Below are positions 1 to 13,788 of a stretch of DNA of 64,000 bases, one piece after another. How positions within the stretch are numbered: position 1 is the first letter of the stretch; each line of letters starts with the position of its first letter. Under the pieces are notes generated by a model, which saw only the letters and a program-made list of their open reading frames with translations, was not told the DNA's origin and searched no databases. Position numbers and translations under genes: made by a program. The stretch is from contig NC_042997.1 of NCBI RefSeq assembly GCF_006345805.1, forward strand, positions 166,408,001 through 166,472,000, read 5' to 3'. The stretch comes from Octopus sinensis. Taxonomy: Eukaryota.

Positions 1-131
1 CTTTTTTCATTTTTTCCTATTTTTTAATTTTTTCTTTTTTCCTATTCTTTTCTTTCTCTATTTCTTTCCCTTTTTTTCTACCACATGACTTTGTAAATGA
101 ACAATCTAGCATGTTTATTTTAATGGCTTAC

Positions 132-174
132 CAATGTATACAGTGAGTTTCTTTGCCCAGGTGTTGGGAAGACA
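132..174 (-). CDS. Probable 43-nt exon of an unidentified - strand gene continuing off the left edge
   Basis: On the - strand a pyrimidine-rich acceptor (tttccatttcttgccaag) and a consensus donor (TTG|gtaagc) flank 43 nt open in all three frames. Frame and product are unresolved. Confidence 0.35.
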
Positions 175-238
175 CTTGGCAAGAAATGGAAACAAAATTG
201 AAAGAGGATAATAATAATAATAATAATAATAATAATCC

Positions 239-653
239 TTTCTACTATAGGCATGAGGCCTGAAATTTTGCGGGGAGGGGAGAGTCAATTTCATCAACAC
301 CAGTGTTTCACTGGTACTTAATTTATCTACACAAAATGGATGAAGGGCAAAGTCGACCTCGGTGGAATTTGAACTCAGAACAAAGCAGCAAATAAAATAC
401 CACTAAGCATTTCACTTGGCATTCAAGCAACTCGCCATCTTAATAATAATAACAATGTTTTCAAATTTGGCCACGAGAGCAGCTATTTTGAGGGAGGGAA
501 TAAGTCAATTATATCAACCCCCAGTATTTCACTGGTACTTAATTTATTGACCCCAAAAAGATGAAAGGCAAAGTCGACCTCGGTGGAATTTGAACTCAGA
601 ACATAGCAGCAGACAAAATACCACTAAGCATTTCGCCCAGCATGCTAACAAAT
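239..653 (-). mobile_element. Two tandem decayed SINE family B copies
   Basis: Both contain the reverse complement of the family B core gttc(t/a)gagttcaaattccaccgaggtcgactttgcc.ttcatcc...taagtaccag, next to (AAT)n tracts. Confidence 0.8.
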
Positions 654-1399
654 CATACAGTGTTTTTCTATTTTTTAAACATCAGGCAGTTCTAGAAAGC
701 TTTTATAGGTCCTCTAAGACCATTGATAATGAATGGTTAATGTCCCAATTGCAAAAGGATCACTTGAAGAGAAGAGATTCCAGAGAGCCAATGTTCTGGG
801 AAGTAATAAATATGGACAGGTGTATGTAATATGAATGTTATAAGGTAGAGAAAGAAGTGAATCAAGAAGGCCTGAGTACAGATGTCACAAACCCAGTCAG
901 CTCTAAGGAGCAGAGCCTACTCTGAAGAGGCATAGAGAAAAGATAGCACATATGAACCCAGAGGTCAGAGTGTGTTGGTGAACAACTTCCTTCCAATTAA
1001 TCAGGTAACCTTTCTTTGGATACAGTCTAAAGTGTCTGTATCTATAGCTCCATTGTGAGTCTCATCTGATATTTTACAAGGGTTAGTAATTGCTGTGCAA
1101 CTATTATTTTCTCACCTTGAAGAGAAGGCTACTCTTTGTGATGCAATCTTTGCATAATGTTGAGGACAGACATTTGCCAGGTCTTTCATGGAACAATGGT
1201 TTTTCTCTGACAGCAGTTTTACATCTTCCAGATGCTTTTAGCTAGGCCAAAATAATGTCTTCACCACTTGACCCTTTCTAACCTGTGGCTTTGTGGAGTA
1301 ATTTATTAAGTGCTTGAAAAATGCTAAGAGAATAAGCCCATACAGAAAATTTGGAGGGAGAGACCCTAAAGCAGATATGTACAATTATATTTAGCCAAT

Positions 1400-4050
1400 A
1401 TCTGGCATTCTCTGCAAACATATAAGGAAAATAACAATTATGGATAAGGGACTGCAGACTCCAAACCTTGTCACAGGCAGTCTTTCTCTCACAGAGAAAA
1501 ACTTTTCATTCTTTTGGAAAGGCGCTATTGCTGATCAACATCATCTCTGTTGAGTTGGCTCTGCAATACACAATAAGTACATTAAGTCAGTCAGCACATC
1601 AACAGGCATCTCATAACAAATTATATCCCTCTGCCTCCGCACAACAAAAGATGAGTCAACCTCATCAATGTGTATGTCCCTACACTGTGCATCATCAGAA
1701 GGAAAAAACAAGTTCTACAATTATCTTGGAGAAACGGTTCATGTCATAAGAAGAGAAAAACCTCTCTACATATCAGATGATTTCAATGCACATGTAGGAA
1801 AAGATCATCACTCCTGGCCACACATTTCAGTCATTACAAGCTTGGGAAATGAATGAGGATAGTCAGACACTTCTGGAGTTTTGCACCATGAATGGTCTTT
1901 CCATCAGTCACTTTCTTTACTTTAAAAGATCAACATAAGGTGTCATGACATCATCTCAGATTTTGTATTAACACACTGGAAGGACATCAATTGTTCCAAA
2001 ATCATATGATTCTTCCACAGTGGTGATGGTTAACAAGAGTAAGATAAAACACAAATGTATCTATTTGTCAAGACCAGTAACAAAGCCCAAGCTAAATGTT
2101 TCTTTATGCGTGAATGAGACTAAGAAATGCACTTTTGGTGCAAAGATAGCAAGAGAAGAAAAGTTTTTAAGACTTTGTATTCAGTGGATGAGGCATGGGT
2201 ATCATTGGAAGGAACTGTCTATGAGGTAGCAAAGTTCAGTTATAGTGGCAAAGACTGAGTCAGGGATGATGCTGATACTCTAATGTCATTTATCAAGGAA
2301 AAAAGATGTTATTAGCTCGCAAGAAGAATTCATATCAATTAACTAAAATACCCTAAGTGACACCAAAGCAGTTTGGCAGTGTGAATCAAGGAGGTGTGTA
2401 AATGTTTGCGAAGCTATTCGAGTGGCTTCAGATCTTGGTGATGCTAAGATAGTGCAAGGATATATTAAGACAGTGTTTGACCCAAGTGTCACAAATATAG
2501 CCATGCTGAAGACTGAAAATAACAAACCAAAAGAGGACAGACAAGAATAGTTACATTGATGGATTCATCACTACTAAAAATTATACACTATTCACACTCC
2601 AGCAAAACCTGATTTGGAACAAGCTTTATCATCAGTTCATGTGCTTACCATATTAGATGAAGATCTCTCAGAGGAAAGCTTGTGTGAAAACAATCAACAC
2701 TACCAAATGGTAAACCAGTCAGAGAAGACAACATATATGTGTAAGTTTTGAAGAAGAATAAAGAAGTCCTTCTACTATACCTACACATTTTACTCTTTCA
2801 ATGGTGACATCAAAAAATTTCTCACATGATGTACAAGCTAAAATTGTGACTTTGTATAAAAACAAGAGTGACAAAGGAAACTGCAACAACTACAGAGGAA
2901 TTTCTCTACTCAGGTAAAGTTTTCACAAGAATTATTCTGAAGTACCTGCAGCAGTTAACAGAACATATCTTAATAGTCTGACTTCAGACTGCACATTTAA
3001 TAATAGATATAGTTTTTACATTGCAACATCTACAAGAAAAATGCAGAGAGCAAAGAAAACCTTTCTATATTGAATTCATTGACCTTATAAAATCATTCAA
3101 TACAGTGAGCAGGCAGGCCCTAACCAAAGGTTTGGAGAACATTGGTTTCCTCCTATTCTTCTTCAGTTGATCATCTCTTTCCATGAAGATATGAATGCCT
3201 GTATCCAGCTTGATAGGTACACATCAGACTACTTCCAAGTCAAGCATAGAGTCAAACAAGGATGCCTCCTTACCCCTACCCTCTTTGGAATATATTTTGC
3301 TACTTTTCTTCATTGTGGATATACTCTGAATACTGCTTGAGAAATTTATTCACTTGAAATCCATCATATTTAGCATGAAGAACTGAATGGAGGAACTGGA
3401 AAATCTGCAACAGCATTCAGGAAGCTAAACAAAAGGGTAAAGGAAAATGTCAAGCTTAGAGCAAAGACTAACAGTCTCATCTGCCAGACATGTTGTTTCA
3501 ATTCTTCTTTATAGAAGTGAGACATGGACAATATATTCAAGTAAAGAAAGAAGACTGGACAGCTTCCACATGTACTGTTTGAGGAGGATACTCTGCATAA
3601 GATGGCAAGAGAAAATTCCTGACACAGAAGTGCTCTGGAGAGCAGATGTCCCATCACTGTATTCCATATTTACATCCAGATAACTCAGATGTCTGGGGCA
3701 TGTTACATGAATGCATGACTTCAGAATCTCAAAGCAAGTGTTGTATGGAGAACTAACAGATGGAAGAAGGAGCAGAGGACATCTAAAGATATGCTTTAAG
3801 GGCAAACGTGAAACTACTCTGATAATAGAAACTCTCCATCAACCAAGGAAAAACAGGAAGAATCAACAAAGCAAAAGACTGGCTGTGCACAGTGGAACCA
3901 CAGCTTATGAAGACACTCAAATTCAACATGTTGAGGAGGCAAGACAAAGATGTAAGTGCACAACAATGGTAAACACATTTGCTTAAACATTGTTCAACAG
4001 CAGGCATTGTCAAAAACCATCTCAAACACATACAATTTAGCAACTATGAA
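1400..4050 (+). pseudogene. Decayed RTE-clade LINE (APE endonuclease plus RT, multiple stops and frameshifts)
   Basis: ISDDFNAHVG (GDFNAxVG endonuclease motif) in ORF 1668-1856; KQGCLLTPTLFGIYF near 3255; LLYRSETW...RLDSFHMYCLRRILCIRWQEKIPDTEVL in ORF 3447-3683; SKQVLYGELTDGRRSRG in ORF 3711-3986. All are typical RTE ORF2 motifs. Confidence 0.9.
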
Positions 4051-4514
4051 AGGCGCTGTTCAAGGAGTCAGATGTAAGAAATGAAGTTACCATCTCTACA
4101 ATGCTATTGACCGACCATGAAACCACTAACGAAGTATACCACTGGCTGATTTCACATAAAATTTAAATAGACAAAAATCTGATATTAGATGTACTTATAT
4201 TAGTGGGATGGTGGATATGACTCAAATTACTGATTCTATGTATATATTATGTATATATACATTATGACTCACTTGTATGTATACATTATGACTCAAATTA
4301 CTGATTGTATGTATATATCTAGGAATATGACTATTAGAAACCAAACTAATGAAAACATAATGTAGATGTAAATATTCAAAAAACATTTCAGGTCTTAAGA
4401 CATGGATAATGGTTTGACTAATTGTGGCTGCATTAAATATGTTAGTATTTTGTGTCCTTAATTTTCTTTTGAAACTTTTCATGTCTTCCTCATTTATATA
4501 ATAATTAAATTATT

Positions 4515-4580
4515 GTATACAGTACTCAGGTACACCACAAATACAGTGCTCAGGTGCACCCAAGTTTGTCATTAGATAGT
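4515..4580 (-). mobile_element. CR1/L2-type LINE 3'-terminal fragment
   Basis: Reverse complement of gtgcacctgagcactgta, the terminus shared with the copies at 22640, 26180 and 35070. Confidence 0.6.
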
Positions 4581-4654
4581 GTTGGTTTACAACACTACTG
4601 AATAGCAGTTGAAGAATCTCACATCACTATCAAAAAGATGTAGGCAACAATAAT

Positions 4655-4870
4655 GATAATTTCAAATTTTGGCACGAAGCCAGAAATTTTGATGGAAGGG
4701 TATTTATTAGTTGATACCATCGATACCAGTACTTGAGTGGTACTTTATTTTATCAAGTCCGAAAGAATGAAAGACAAAATTGACTTCAGTGGAACTTGAA
4801 CTCAGAATATAAAATTTGAAACAAATACTAGAAGGCTTTTTTTCCAGTGCTTTAATGATTTTACCAGCTT
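4655..4870 (-). mobile_element. Decayed SINE family B copy
   Basis: Family B core (aagtaccactcaagtactgg; gagttcaagttccactgaagtcaattttgtctttcattc on the - strand). Confidence 0.7.
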
Positions 4871-5319
4871 GAAGCAAAGTTTAGAAATATTACTCTTTGT
4901 ATTATGTATCAAACTTTGTATTTAGCTCTTACTCTGATGTCTCTATATAAGAAATAAATGATAATTTTCCAAAATGTGTCCATGTACTTTACAACAGAAA
5001 AGTTTCCTGTTTTGAAGCTTTCCTAATGTTGTCTAGTTTCCCTTCCCTGACCCCACCCCTATTTGTGTTACTCATTCTTTTCAAGCATATAGATTCAACA
5101 GTTATTGCGTTGCACCACAGTCTATATTCTCAGCATTTCTGTAGATGTAAGCAAGCTGAAAATACAAATTATAAGTGAGTAAGAGTATCTGATATTTTTT
5201 GAGAAACAGGTGTAATAATAATTGTAAAGTTTTATAACAGTGATTCAATTGAGGATAAACTCGTGACATCTCTTTGAATGTCTGGCTGCTAGAACAGCTT
5301 TCTCACCGACCAGCAGTAC

Positions 5320-5570
5320 CTTGATTTAAATTGGTATAAAATACAATTATACGAATATACAGCGAAATTAAGTATATCTACACTTATATAAGCACTTATA
5401 CATTTATGTAGTATCACATTTACTTTCATATAAAATTAAAATTAAGCGATAACTGGATAACAACCCTTGTTCCAAATAGTTTTTAAAATTCCACCAAAAG
5501 ATGTCGCCTTATTCCAAGAACTGACCAATCATATTCGTCTTTACTTAGTAGAATTTTAATGTAGGTGAGT
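5320..5570. promoter_or_regulatory. Candidate divergent promoter and first non-coding exon of the + strand Pro-rich gene
   Basis: Locally CpG-retaining; CCAAT at 5525-5529; + strand donor TAG|gtgagt at 5564/5565; possible - strand donor CAAG|gtactg near 5320. Inference only. Confidence 0.35.
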
Positions 5571-8152
5571 GTTGGAGCCATTGTTGTGTGGGTTCACTTA
5601 AGTAAAATTTTCGGAATTTTATGCTATGTACGTATATTAATTTAATATTTGCTCAGTAATGTGATTCTCCCCCCAACAGAATAGACTGGCCGGATACATT
5701 ATCATTATTTTATACATGCCTTTGTTTCTTCAATTTTGGATCATTTATATAATAGTAATTTCCACCTTATGTGTTAGTAATTTTCATCGAAGGATCATTT
5801 AATGTCGACTTCATTCAGTGCTTGATGATCCAATATTTTTCACCACAACGCTCTTTTGACTGGACTTTTTAAGGTTTTGAATTGGTTATATCTCTCCAGG
5901 GTTTTCATCTTACAATTTCTGTAGGTGCGCACTAACCTCGATGGATTTCCACTTTTACTATTTATTTTCTGTTTACCAATCATTAGAACTAGCTACCATT
6001 TTTCCTATACTCTGGTATTTTACAAATATATATATAAAAAAAAATGTTTTCGCTTATAATATAATATTTTGTTATTTCTCCTTATACTTAAATAGTTTAA
6101 AAATTACCATTTCTAAAGATATTTTCGTTACTACTTCTCCCCCTCCCTCCCTTTCTATTGTATCATTTATGCTGTAGGCGAAATTTATTTGCGATACATG
6201 ATTCATATATTACATTTGAACATATACTGAATTTAGCAATGGATCTAATCCAAGTACGTTCATTTTCATTATATTCCATTTAGTTTTTAATCTTTATGTG
6301 TTACGAAAACACATTTGTCTAATCAGTGTATTAAGCTTCACATATGTGTTATCACATGCTACCGTGGATCTAGTAGTTGTAAACCATTGATATATCGCAG
6401 ACTGACAGCTAATTGGACTAATGCGTAGATGCAGGGTTATTTTAGAATTACTTTTATTGCAAGTTAAACCATTTTTCTTTAATATTTCATCCAGTCGTAA
6501 CAATATATGTTCCCCCGCCTTTCTTTCTTGCCCGTTCTTTTTTCATGGCCTTTCTATCCAGGTCACGTGGCCATTTACTGTCTGTCTACCTCCCCCTCTC
6601 TGTTATACACATTCGCTGTAGCTTCTGTGATGCCTCTCCCAATTCTCTTTCTCTCTCACTTTCTCTGCTACTACGACTCTTACTAACAATGACTATTAAC
6701 GCTTTCTCTTCAAATATATCTTGACTATTGTCCATAAAGATTATATATTGACCATTTTATTGTTGTGTTATATCACCACCGTCGCCCTTATTAACGAACC
6801 TTGTACGATCTGTTGGTACTAAACGACTACTGTGATATACCCTTTGAGTAGTTATATATAGCTAGCCGTGGCCAGTTCTAATCTAGGTTGGACAGATGTT
6901 GGCGAAGGTTCCTTGTCTTACAACTCAGAATTTCAGTAGCAGCGCAATATGATACCTTCGTTCTCCATTATTAAATCTTCGTCCCTACCAAAATTCCTCA
7001 TTGAGGTATTTAACATACTAGATTTATTTTTTAAACTCTTTCAGTTCCTTAGGCTCATCTGTAATAATAAGTATGTATATTTTTGCGTGTGAATTCAATT
7101 TTAGCTTCATTTTCAAATTATCTTCAACACCTCTATTTGTGTATTATGTTTTATTTTTGATCTAAAAATTCTTGTTCGTGAGACGTAAGAAAAAGATGAA
7201 TTTTCTAAAAAGACTTCAAGAATGTAGAATTATTATTATAAAGGTCAGCCTAAAGGAAATAGGTATTACATAAAACTATATAGTACTATTTTTGTGCTTG
7301 CTTTTCGTTTAAATCTAGTATCTATTAATAGAAAATATTTTATTTCTTACTTTTTCCTAATTGTTTACTTTATAAACGCTTTCACTTCCTCAGATACCCT
7401 TCCTTAGTGGGCTAGTTAAAATATTTATCACCCAACAGTCGGCCATGTTGTAGATATGTTAGTATCACCATTTATCACACTACTTCTCGATTTACCATTG
7501 CATACCTCACAAGTTTGCTGATACGTACCACACTTCCATTACCATTTTACTTTTTGTTTTAGGTCTTCATTCCAAGTTATGTATATATATATCTACATAT
7601 ATATATATATTACCTTCTTCCAAAGACTTTTTGAGTAATCGAGTTGTTTGCCCCTTCCACGTCAAATTGTTTTCTAATGGTGTCTTCTAGTTTTCCTTTC
7701 AGTCTTGGTATTATCTCCCTCTCCCCCGCTATAAGCCTACCCCACTTTTTTTTCCAAATGTGTCTTAGTTTTCATTTTAATTATTGCAGCTGGTCTTTCC
7801 CGATCCCCTTTTTTTTGACATATCCACGAAGTAATTTCTCCTATTACGACTTGCTGCTTCTGTTTACACATTCCTGTCACCTTCAAAACTACCAGCGCTT
7901 TTTTTTTTTTTTTTTTTTTTTTAATAAATCAACACTTAGCTTCTTTGTTAACGTAAAATATCGTTTGCTTTCACTTTTTAGTGGTCAATTTATATAGTTT
8001 TAGTGAACTGTATCCGTCTAAAATATGTATTCATTACATATATCTTATATTTAAAACGACCACTTTAATTTGATCTTTTGTTTGTTGATTATGTATAATT
8101 TACTTCAATTCTTAGAATAAACTAATATATTGATGATATTCTATTTTGATAG

Positions 8153-8193
8153 GACTGGTTGTATTATTAATTCTACAAAGTAAATCAAAGAAG
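8153..8193 (+). other. Candidate 5'UTR exon of the Pro-rich gene
   Basis: Acceptor tattttgatag and donor GAAG|gtaaga. An in-frame TAA in phase 0 is consistent with a non-coding exon. Confidence 0.3.
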
Positions 8194-9785
8194 GTAAGAA
8201 TAACTTTATGCCATCTTCAGATTTTAATTTTCTATCTGTGATTTCCTTACTTATCTTTTCCACTAATTATTCAGCTAGATTTAAGCTATATATATATATG
8301 GTTTTCATTTTTCTTAAACTGAAAACTGTTAATTTTGTTATTGCATGTACTGCTTTAGCTTCAAATTTATCTTTCATTAATATGACTATTTGATAGAATT
8401 AAATATAATTATCACTCTTCTGGTTATCTCATAATATTTAATGCGTCTTTTTATTGGTGTTTTTTTTATTGTTTTTACAATGTAGCTTTGTTGTAACTTC
8501 CTTGAAGTATATTGGTCTCTATTTTTGTTTTGATGTATTAGGAAATATTTTTAAGCATTTAAATGCCCTTATAGTCATTAGCACTTGAGAAAGAAATGAT
8601 GTTCCGGGTCGTTTACGAGGGACTTTGCAGCTTGGTTTGTATGATTTTGTTATGCTATGAATTAGTAGGATGTCTAGTGAATAGTATATTCTGTTGATTA
8701 GCTCTATTTTCATGTTGCTTTCATGTTTCATTGTTGTCTTAGTACTTCCTCGAATACATATGTATGCTAGTTTAAATCTAGTTCATAAATTTTATTTTCT
8801 ATTAGGGTTTGTTTAACTGTGATTAAGACTGTGTGCATGTAAGTGTGAGAACTGTTGTTTGAAGAATTTGTTTAAAACTATGATTTGTGTTGTCCCAGCC
8901 TGCTCTTCAAAGAATGACCAAGTTAACTGGATTTTTTTAGCCTCATCTGCTTTTTATTTGGGTAAAGAAAGATTGAGTCACATTATTTTATTATGTTGTT
9001 AGAAGTCTGTAACAAAAAAGTAAAATTTGAGGATAATTTTTCAGATCCCTTTAAATTCAACTCAGCAGAGTTGTAAGCTGTTCTTTAGTGATGCAGCAGG
9101 CTCGTGGTGATGATTTTGCAGTTCACAAGAGTAAACAGGTTAGTTAAGGAGACTTCAGATAACCTTTATTCTCAATGAAACTAGACATGTATTAAATGTT
9201 GGGGGTTTGGGATGTTAGTGACAGCTAAATAAAGAGTAGTATGGTACTGGTCAGGTTTGTATTTCATGTGTTACATGTAAAGCTTTTTTGGAATGACTTT
9301 AGATATGGATGAACAGATTTTGATTCAGGCTAATTGTAGTCTGTATTTCATTTCATTCTTCTTGTGGATATTAATTCTGAGCTTGAAGTGATGAGTTTTT
9401 GTTTCATCCAGTCAGCTTTAGATGAATAATCACTGCTGTGGAATTTTTATTATTAATTTGATTCTTCGTTCCTTTTCAAGTTTGTTATAAATTGTATTTT
9501 GTCACTGTATTGCTTGAACTAGTTTTTGTCCATTTATATACTAAAACCTTGAGTTCAACTTATTTTGTGTTAAGCTTAATATAAAAAAAACTAGAAAAAA
9601 CTAGACATGTCAAAAACGTCAGATATGTTTTGACTAATCTTCTTGCAATAATGTGTTTTCTTTGTTTTTCTGAAATTTTGCAAAAGAGAAATGTTTAGTT
9701 ATATTGTCTATATGCATGGTCTAATGATTTTTAATTTTATGAGTGCCTACATCAGTTTTTTTTCTCTTTTTAATTCCAGAGAAAT

Positions 9786-10325
9786 ATGAGTTTTTACAAT
9801 AGCATACCGCCAAGTGAGAAGCCAGGACTTTATCCTGCTGGAACCTTTCCTACAGCCAGTTATGCTCCCTCTCAACCTGCTGGAATGCCACCTGCAGCAA
9901 CACCACAACAGAGATTCCCATCAGCTACTCAACAATATGCAATGCCTGCAGGTGCTGCCACACCCTCATTGTACACTCCAAGCAATGGGTATACACTAAT
10001 GTCTCCAGCTTATGCTTCTTCTCCTGCACCTGGAGCATTTCATTCTGTTGGTTACTCTTCTCTTCCTTCCATCCCATCGACGACTCCAGGTTATCCTACC
10101 GCCCAGTATCCTACTACAAACTTCCCACCAACTCAGTTGCCAGGAAGTAGTGCACCATACCCAGGTTTGCCAGTCAGTAGCCAGTTGTATACAGGAAGTG
10201 GGGGTTATAGTCCCCTTCAAAGTGTTCAACCTAGAGCCTACACCATGCCACCAATGGCATACCCAAGTACACTTGGCACAAACCCTACATACCCTGGTGC
10301 TCCTCCTTTTGGGCCACCATATTAA
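9786..10325 (+). CDS. 179-aa Pro/Ser/Tyr/Gly-rich low-complexity protein, single coding exon, family not recognised
   Basis: Strong acceptor ttttttctctttttaattccag at 9778-9779 six nt before the ATG; GC-richer uninterrupted ORF in AT-rich flanks; regular YP/PY motifs; ends GAPPFGPPY*. Confidence 0.85.
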   Translation: MSFYNSIPPSEKPGLYPAGTFPTASYAPSQPAGMPPAATPQQRFPSATQQYAMPAGAATPSLYTPSNGYTLMSPAYASSPAPGAFHSVGYSSLPSIPSTTPGYPTAQYPTTNFPPTQLPGSSAPYPGLPVSSQLYTGSGGYSPLQSVQPRAYTMPPMAYPSTLGTNPTYPGAPPFGPPY

Positions 10326-10739
10326 AAAAGGTGTCAATAGCAGCAGGTGGCTAGGACTGAAGCTTATATATGTTGTATAGACCTACTGCATCTGGTGTGT
10401 TTGTAAATCTGGGCCCTTATTGGCCTAAGTTGAATTTAATTCTCATGTTTTTATGCAAACAAGGCTTCTTATGTATCTTATACGCAAGATAAGGGACTAA
10501 ACTTATCAGGTACTCTTTGGTAGACATGGTGGTAACCGAAGTGCAACAGGGAAGTTGGTGAAGATAGGCTACTTTACTCATTCTGTTGCATAATACAAAC
10601 ATTTTTATGAAGGCCAATCTAAGTGTGCTCTATTATATATATATATATGTATAATTTTATGATATATATTGCACACATACTCTTTCCCCTGCTTTCTTTT
10701 TCTTTACTCAACAGACTTTAACTATAAAAGGAATATTTT

Positions 10740-10740
10740 A

Positions 10741-10784
<44 letters not shown>

Positions 10785-10810
10785 ACATGCACACACACAC
10801 ACACACACAT
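10740..10810. repeat. Compound (TG)n(TA)n(CA)n microsatellite, self-complementary
   Basis: Directly visible in the sequence. Confidence 0.9.
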
Positions 10811-13788
10811 GAAATACACACAAACGCATTTTTCTTTTTTTAGACTTTTTTGTTTTTACAGAATGCATTTTTATATTTTGATAACATTTTTGAAGAAACT
10901 GCTGTTTTTGTTACTTTTTTTTTCAAACTATTTGTCATGTGGATCTTGGTACCAAAATGAATGCACTTGGTTATTACTCCAGTATAAGTAAACCAATATT
11001 GGCTAATGATAAGGTCACATTTTTTCTTTTTCCCATTATTACACTGCATGTGCTTTCATTGACTTTTTTTAATCAACCTTGTCATTCAGCCACTATTCAT
11101 TGCAATTTCTTCTTTGAATAATTTTAGTTCAACGTTTTCACATTTTACAAATTGCATTGAATTTCTTGGTTTAGTTTTATTGGATTATATTCTTTCAACA
11201 GTGTACTGGTCTTCGATTGGAACTGCTAATTGATATTCCACAGTAACCTGTACAGAAGTCTAGAAAAGCATTTCCTCTCTAAATTCTGTAGCATTCATCC
11301 ATGACGCAATACATCATAGATAGCTATTTTTAGCAAATATAAATCATAAAGAAAATTTTCTCCTCAATTTCCCTTTCTTCCCTAACAAAATGGCCTTATA
11401 TCCAATAATGAAGATAAAGTTATATATATATATATATATATATTAATATATATATATATATATAGTCTAATAAACATTTTGGTAATCTAAACCAACACTG
11501 CAGTTTGATTTAGCTTGCAGTGATTTCTCCAACTGCTGTATACCTGTTACCCACCTCTCATCACAATTATCTCTTTTTTTCTATATTCAACTAAAAAAAA
11601 AATTCTTTTTCAATCTACCATTGCTGAATTGGTGTCTAACTCGTTTCCAACTGGGGAAACTTGTAAGAATATTTTTTCAATAGTTAACTCAATTACCTTC
11701 AATCACAAGGCCATTTAGGTCGTCTTGTAATAGACATCTATTAAATAAAATATTTTAAAACTATGAAATATACAATTCCTTTTTTTTTTTTTAACTTAGA
11801 TTGTAGCTTGCATTATATAAGGATTCGGTATCCAAGTTAAGAGGGAAGGAGGTTGGATTTTATTTAATAGAAAATGTGTCTTGATGTTTAAATTTCTTGA
11901 CTGTTATCTTAAATTCGTCTTTAACCAGTATTTTTAGTGCAAGAATGTGTATTCAAATACATTAGGATAAATTTACTTCGAAGAGGTTATATTTTCTCAT
12001 TTTTCTCTGAAGTTATACAATATAAAGTGAATCTCTAGTAACTTCTATAAAGATACTTTTTAAATATTTCTTCTGAAGCCTGTTTACTGTTAAGACAATC
12101 TAGATTCAAAGATGTGAGATGCTGGTAGTTATTTTTATGAACATATTTATTAGATAAACAGCAATCTTGTTCTAAAATATTCTGTAATAAATTAGAAAAT
12201 CTTTTTTTTTTTTATATATATATATATATATACTAATTAGTGTTTGGACATATTTCTAACAATCCAGTGTACAGAAATGGATTAATCAAATTGGCACATG
12301 TAAAAAAAAAAAGCTTTTCCCTAATGTAGAATTATATATATACCCTAAACTTGTGTACTAAAAGTATATCAGGAGACCTATATTAATATGTTAGTTTCAT
12401 ATATATAATATATATATATATATATACATACATACATAATATATATATATATATATATATTAGTGCTTTGGAAAGTTTAAGAGAAGTCTTTTGTTATACT
12501 ACTTCTACTCAACTTTATTCTTTTAACCTTGGTTGAAGACAAAATAAAAGGATCATTTTAAATAACACTTTTGTGCTTTTTTTGTTCCTCAAAGTACAAA
12601 TATTAGTTATCTTAATAGTAAAAATACAATTTTAAAATTGTACATGGAAAGTTATGTAAAATTCAGATGGTAATATTGAATTAATACTGGAGATGTTTTA
12701 AAGTTCCAAGAAGTTGGAATGATTAACCAACAGTATTTTCATTGATAACTTTTCTCTAAATTCCAATCCATACTATTTTTTAAAGAAAAGTTAGAAATTT
12801 AATTTACCTGTATAATGACCTGAAATAATATTCCTAAGTGGATATGGTTTCTAGTGTGAACCATTGATAACATGCATGGAAAGAGTTAACCAAATTTGTT
12901 GCTATCTGATTGCAGAGAGCTCATAGCCTGTGTCAATAGGTTATGAAAGAAATTTATGAAATTGGGCAATATCTGCAAGATGACTGGTTTCACAGAATCT
13001 TTTCTATTAACATCACAGCCAACTATAGTTCTTAAACTTAATGATTATGAACTTTAGTTCTGCTTAATACCTTCAACTGCTGATGGTCCATAATTGTTTG
13101 GGAGGTGGGTAAGAAAACTCTGATATCTGACTAGTGTTTAAGTGAGTGTAGTGAAATTATGATGGTATTATTGGTCATTTAACCCAATAAATATTGTCAA
13201 CTTGTAATTTGTTTTAAACAAACTTTTTTATGAAACTGTGAATTATTCTATAGTTTCTTTTTTTTTTTTTTCTTTTTTTTATTAACCTCATGACAGCAAT
13301 AATGTATTATTGAATTTCATGTCTGTTCAAACTTTGGGTTTTATGTACACACACTATCATTTCTCCATAGTAAAACGCATCGTTTCTTTTCCTCCACCAT
13401 CACTTAATTGGATATCAGATAAATAATGTGGAAGAAAAGAATACATATTCATTTCTAGAAAATGGAAACAATCACCTGTTTTTTATGTATTGGTGCAATG
13501 TGTATTACAGTTTTTTTTCTATTGTATGTGTGATGCTGAACTTATTCTGAAGAGGCTGTAAAATAGCAAAACTATTTGGATATAGAGTTTTCTATGAAAC
13601 AGGTGAAAATAAAATTTGGTGAGGAATATATATTACTCTTTGTTGTTTTTTTTCTCAATTTTATACTTGTTTATACAAGAATTTTGTTGGCTACTCCATG
13701 AAAATCTTACATTGACTACTGACAAAAGTTTTTAGTCTAATTTGTCTTCAAAGAAATTGCTCATCTTAATGATTAAAAATGCTTTTAA

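Noticed and set aside
5236-5325. Several small hairpins on the - strand suggesting a structured ncRNA
   Set aside because: Stems are only 3-5 bp and no convincing H/ACA, C/D or Sm motif was found.
9100-9450. GTGATGA C-box-like motifs in the intron before the Pro-rich exon
   Set aside because: No D box (CTGA) at a suitable distance and no terminal stem.
9814-10380. Overlapping alternative-frame and antisense ORFs (9814-9999, 10012-10380, 9996-10337)
   Set aside because: Expected shadows of a GC-richer low-complexity CDS; no splice or start context.
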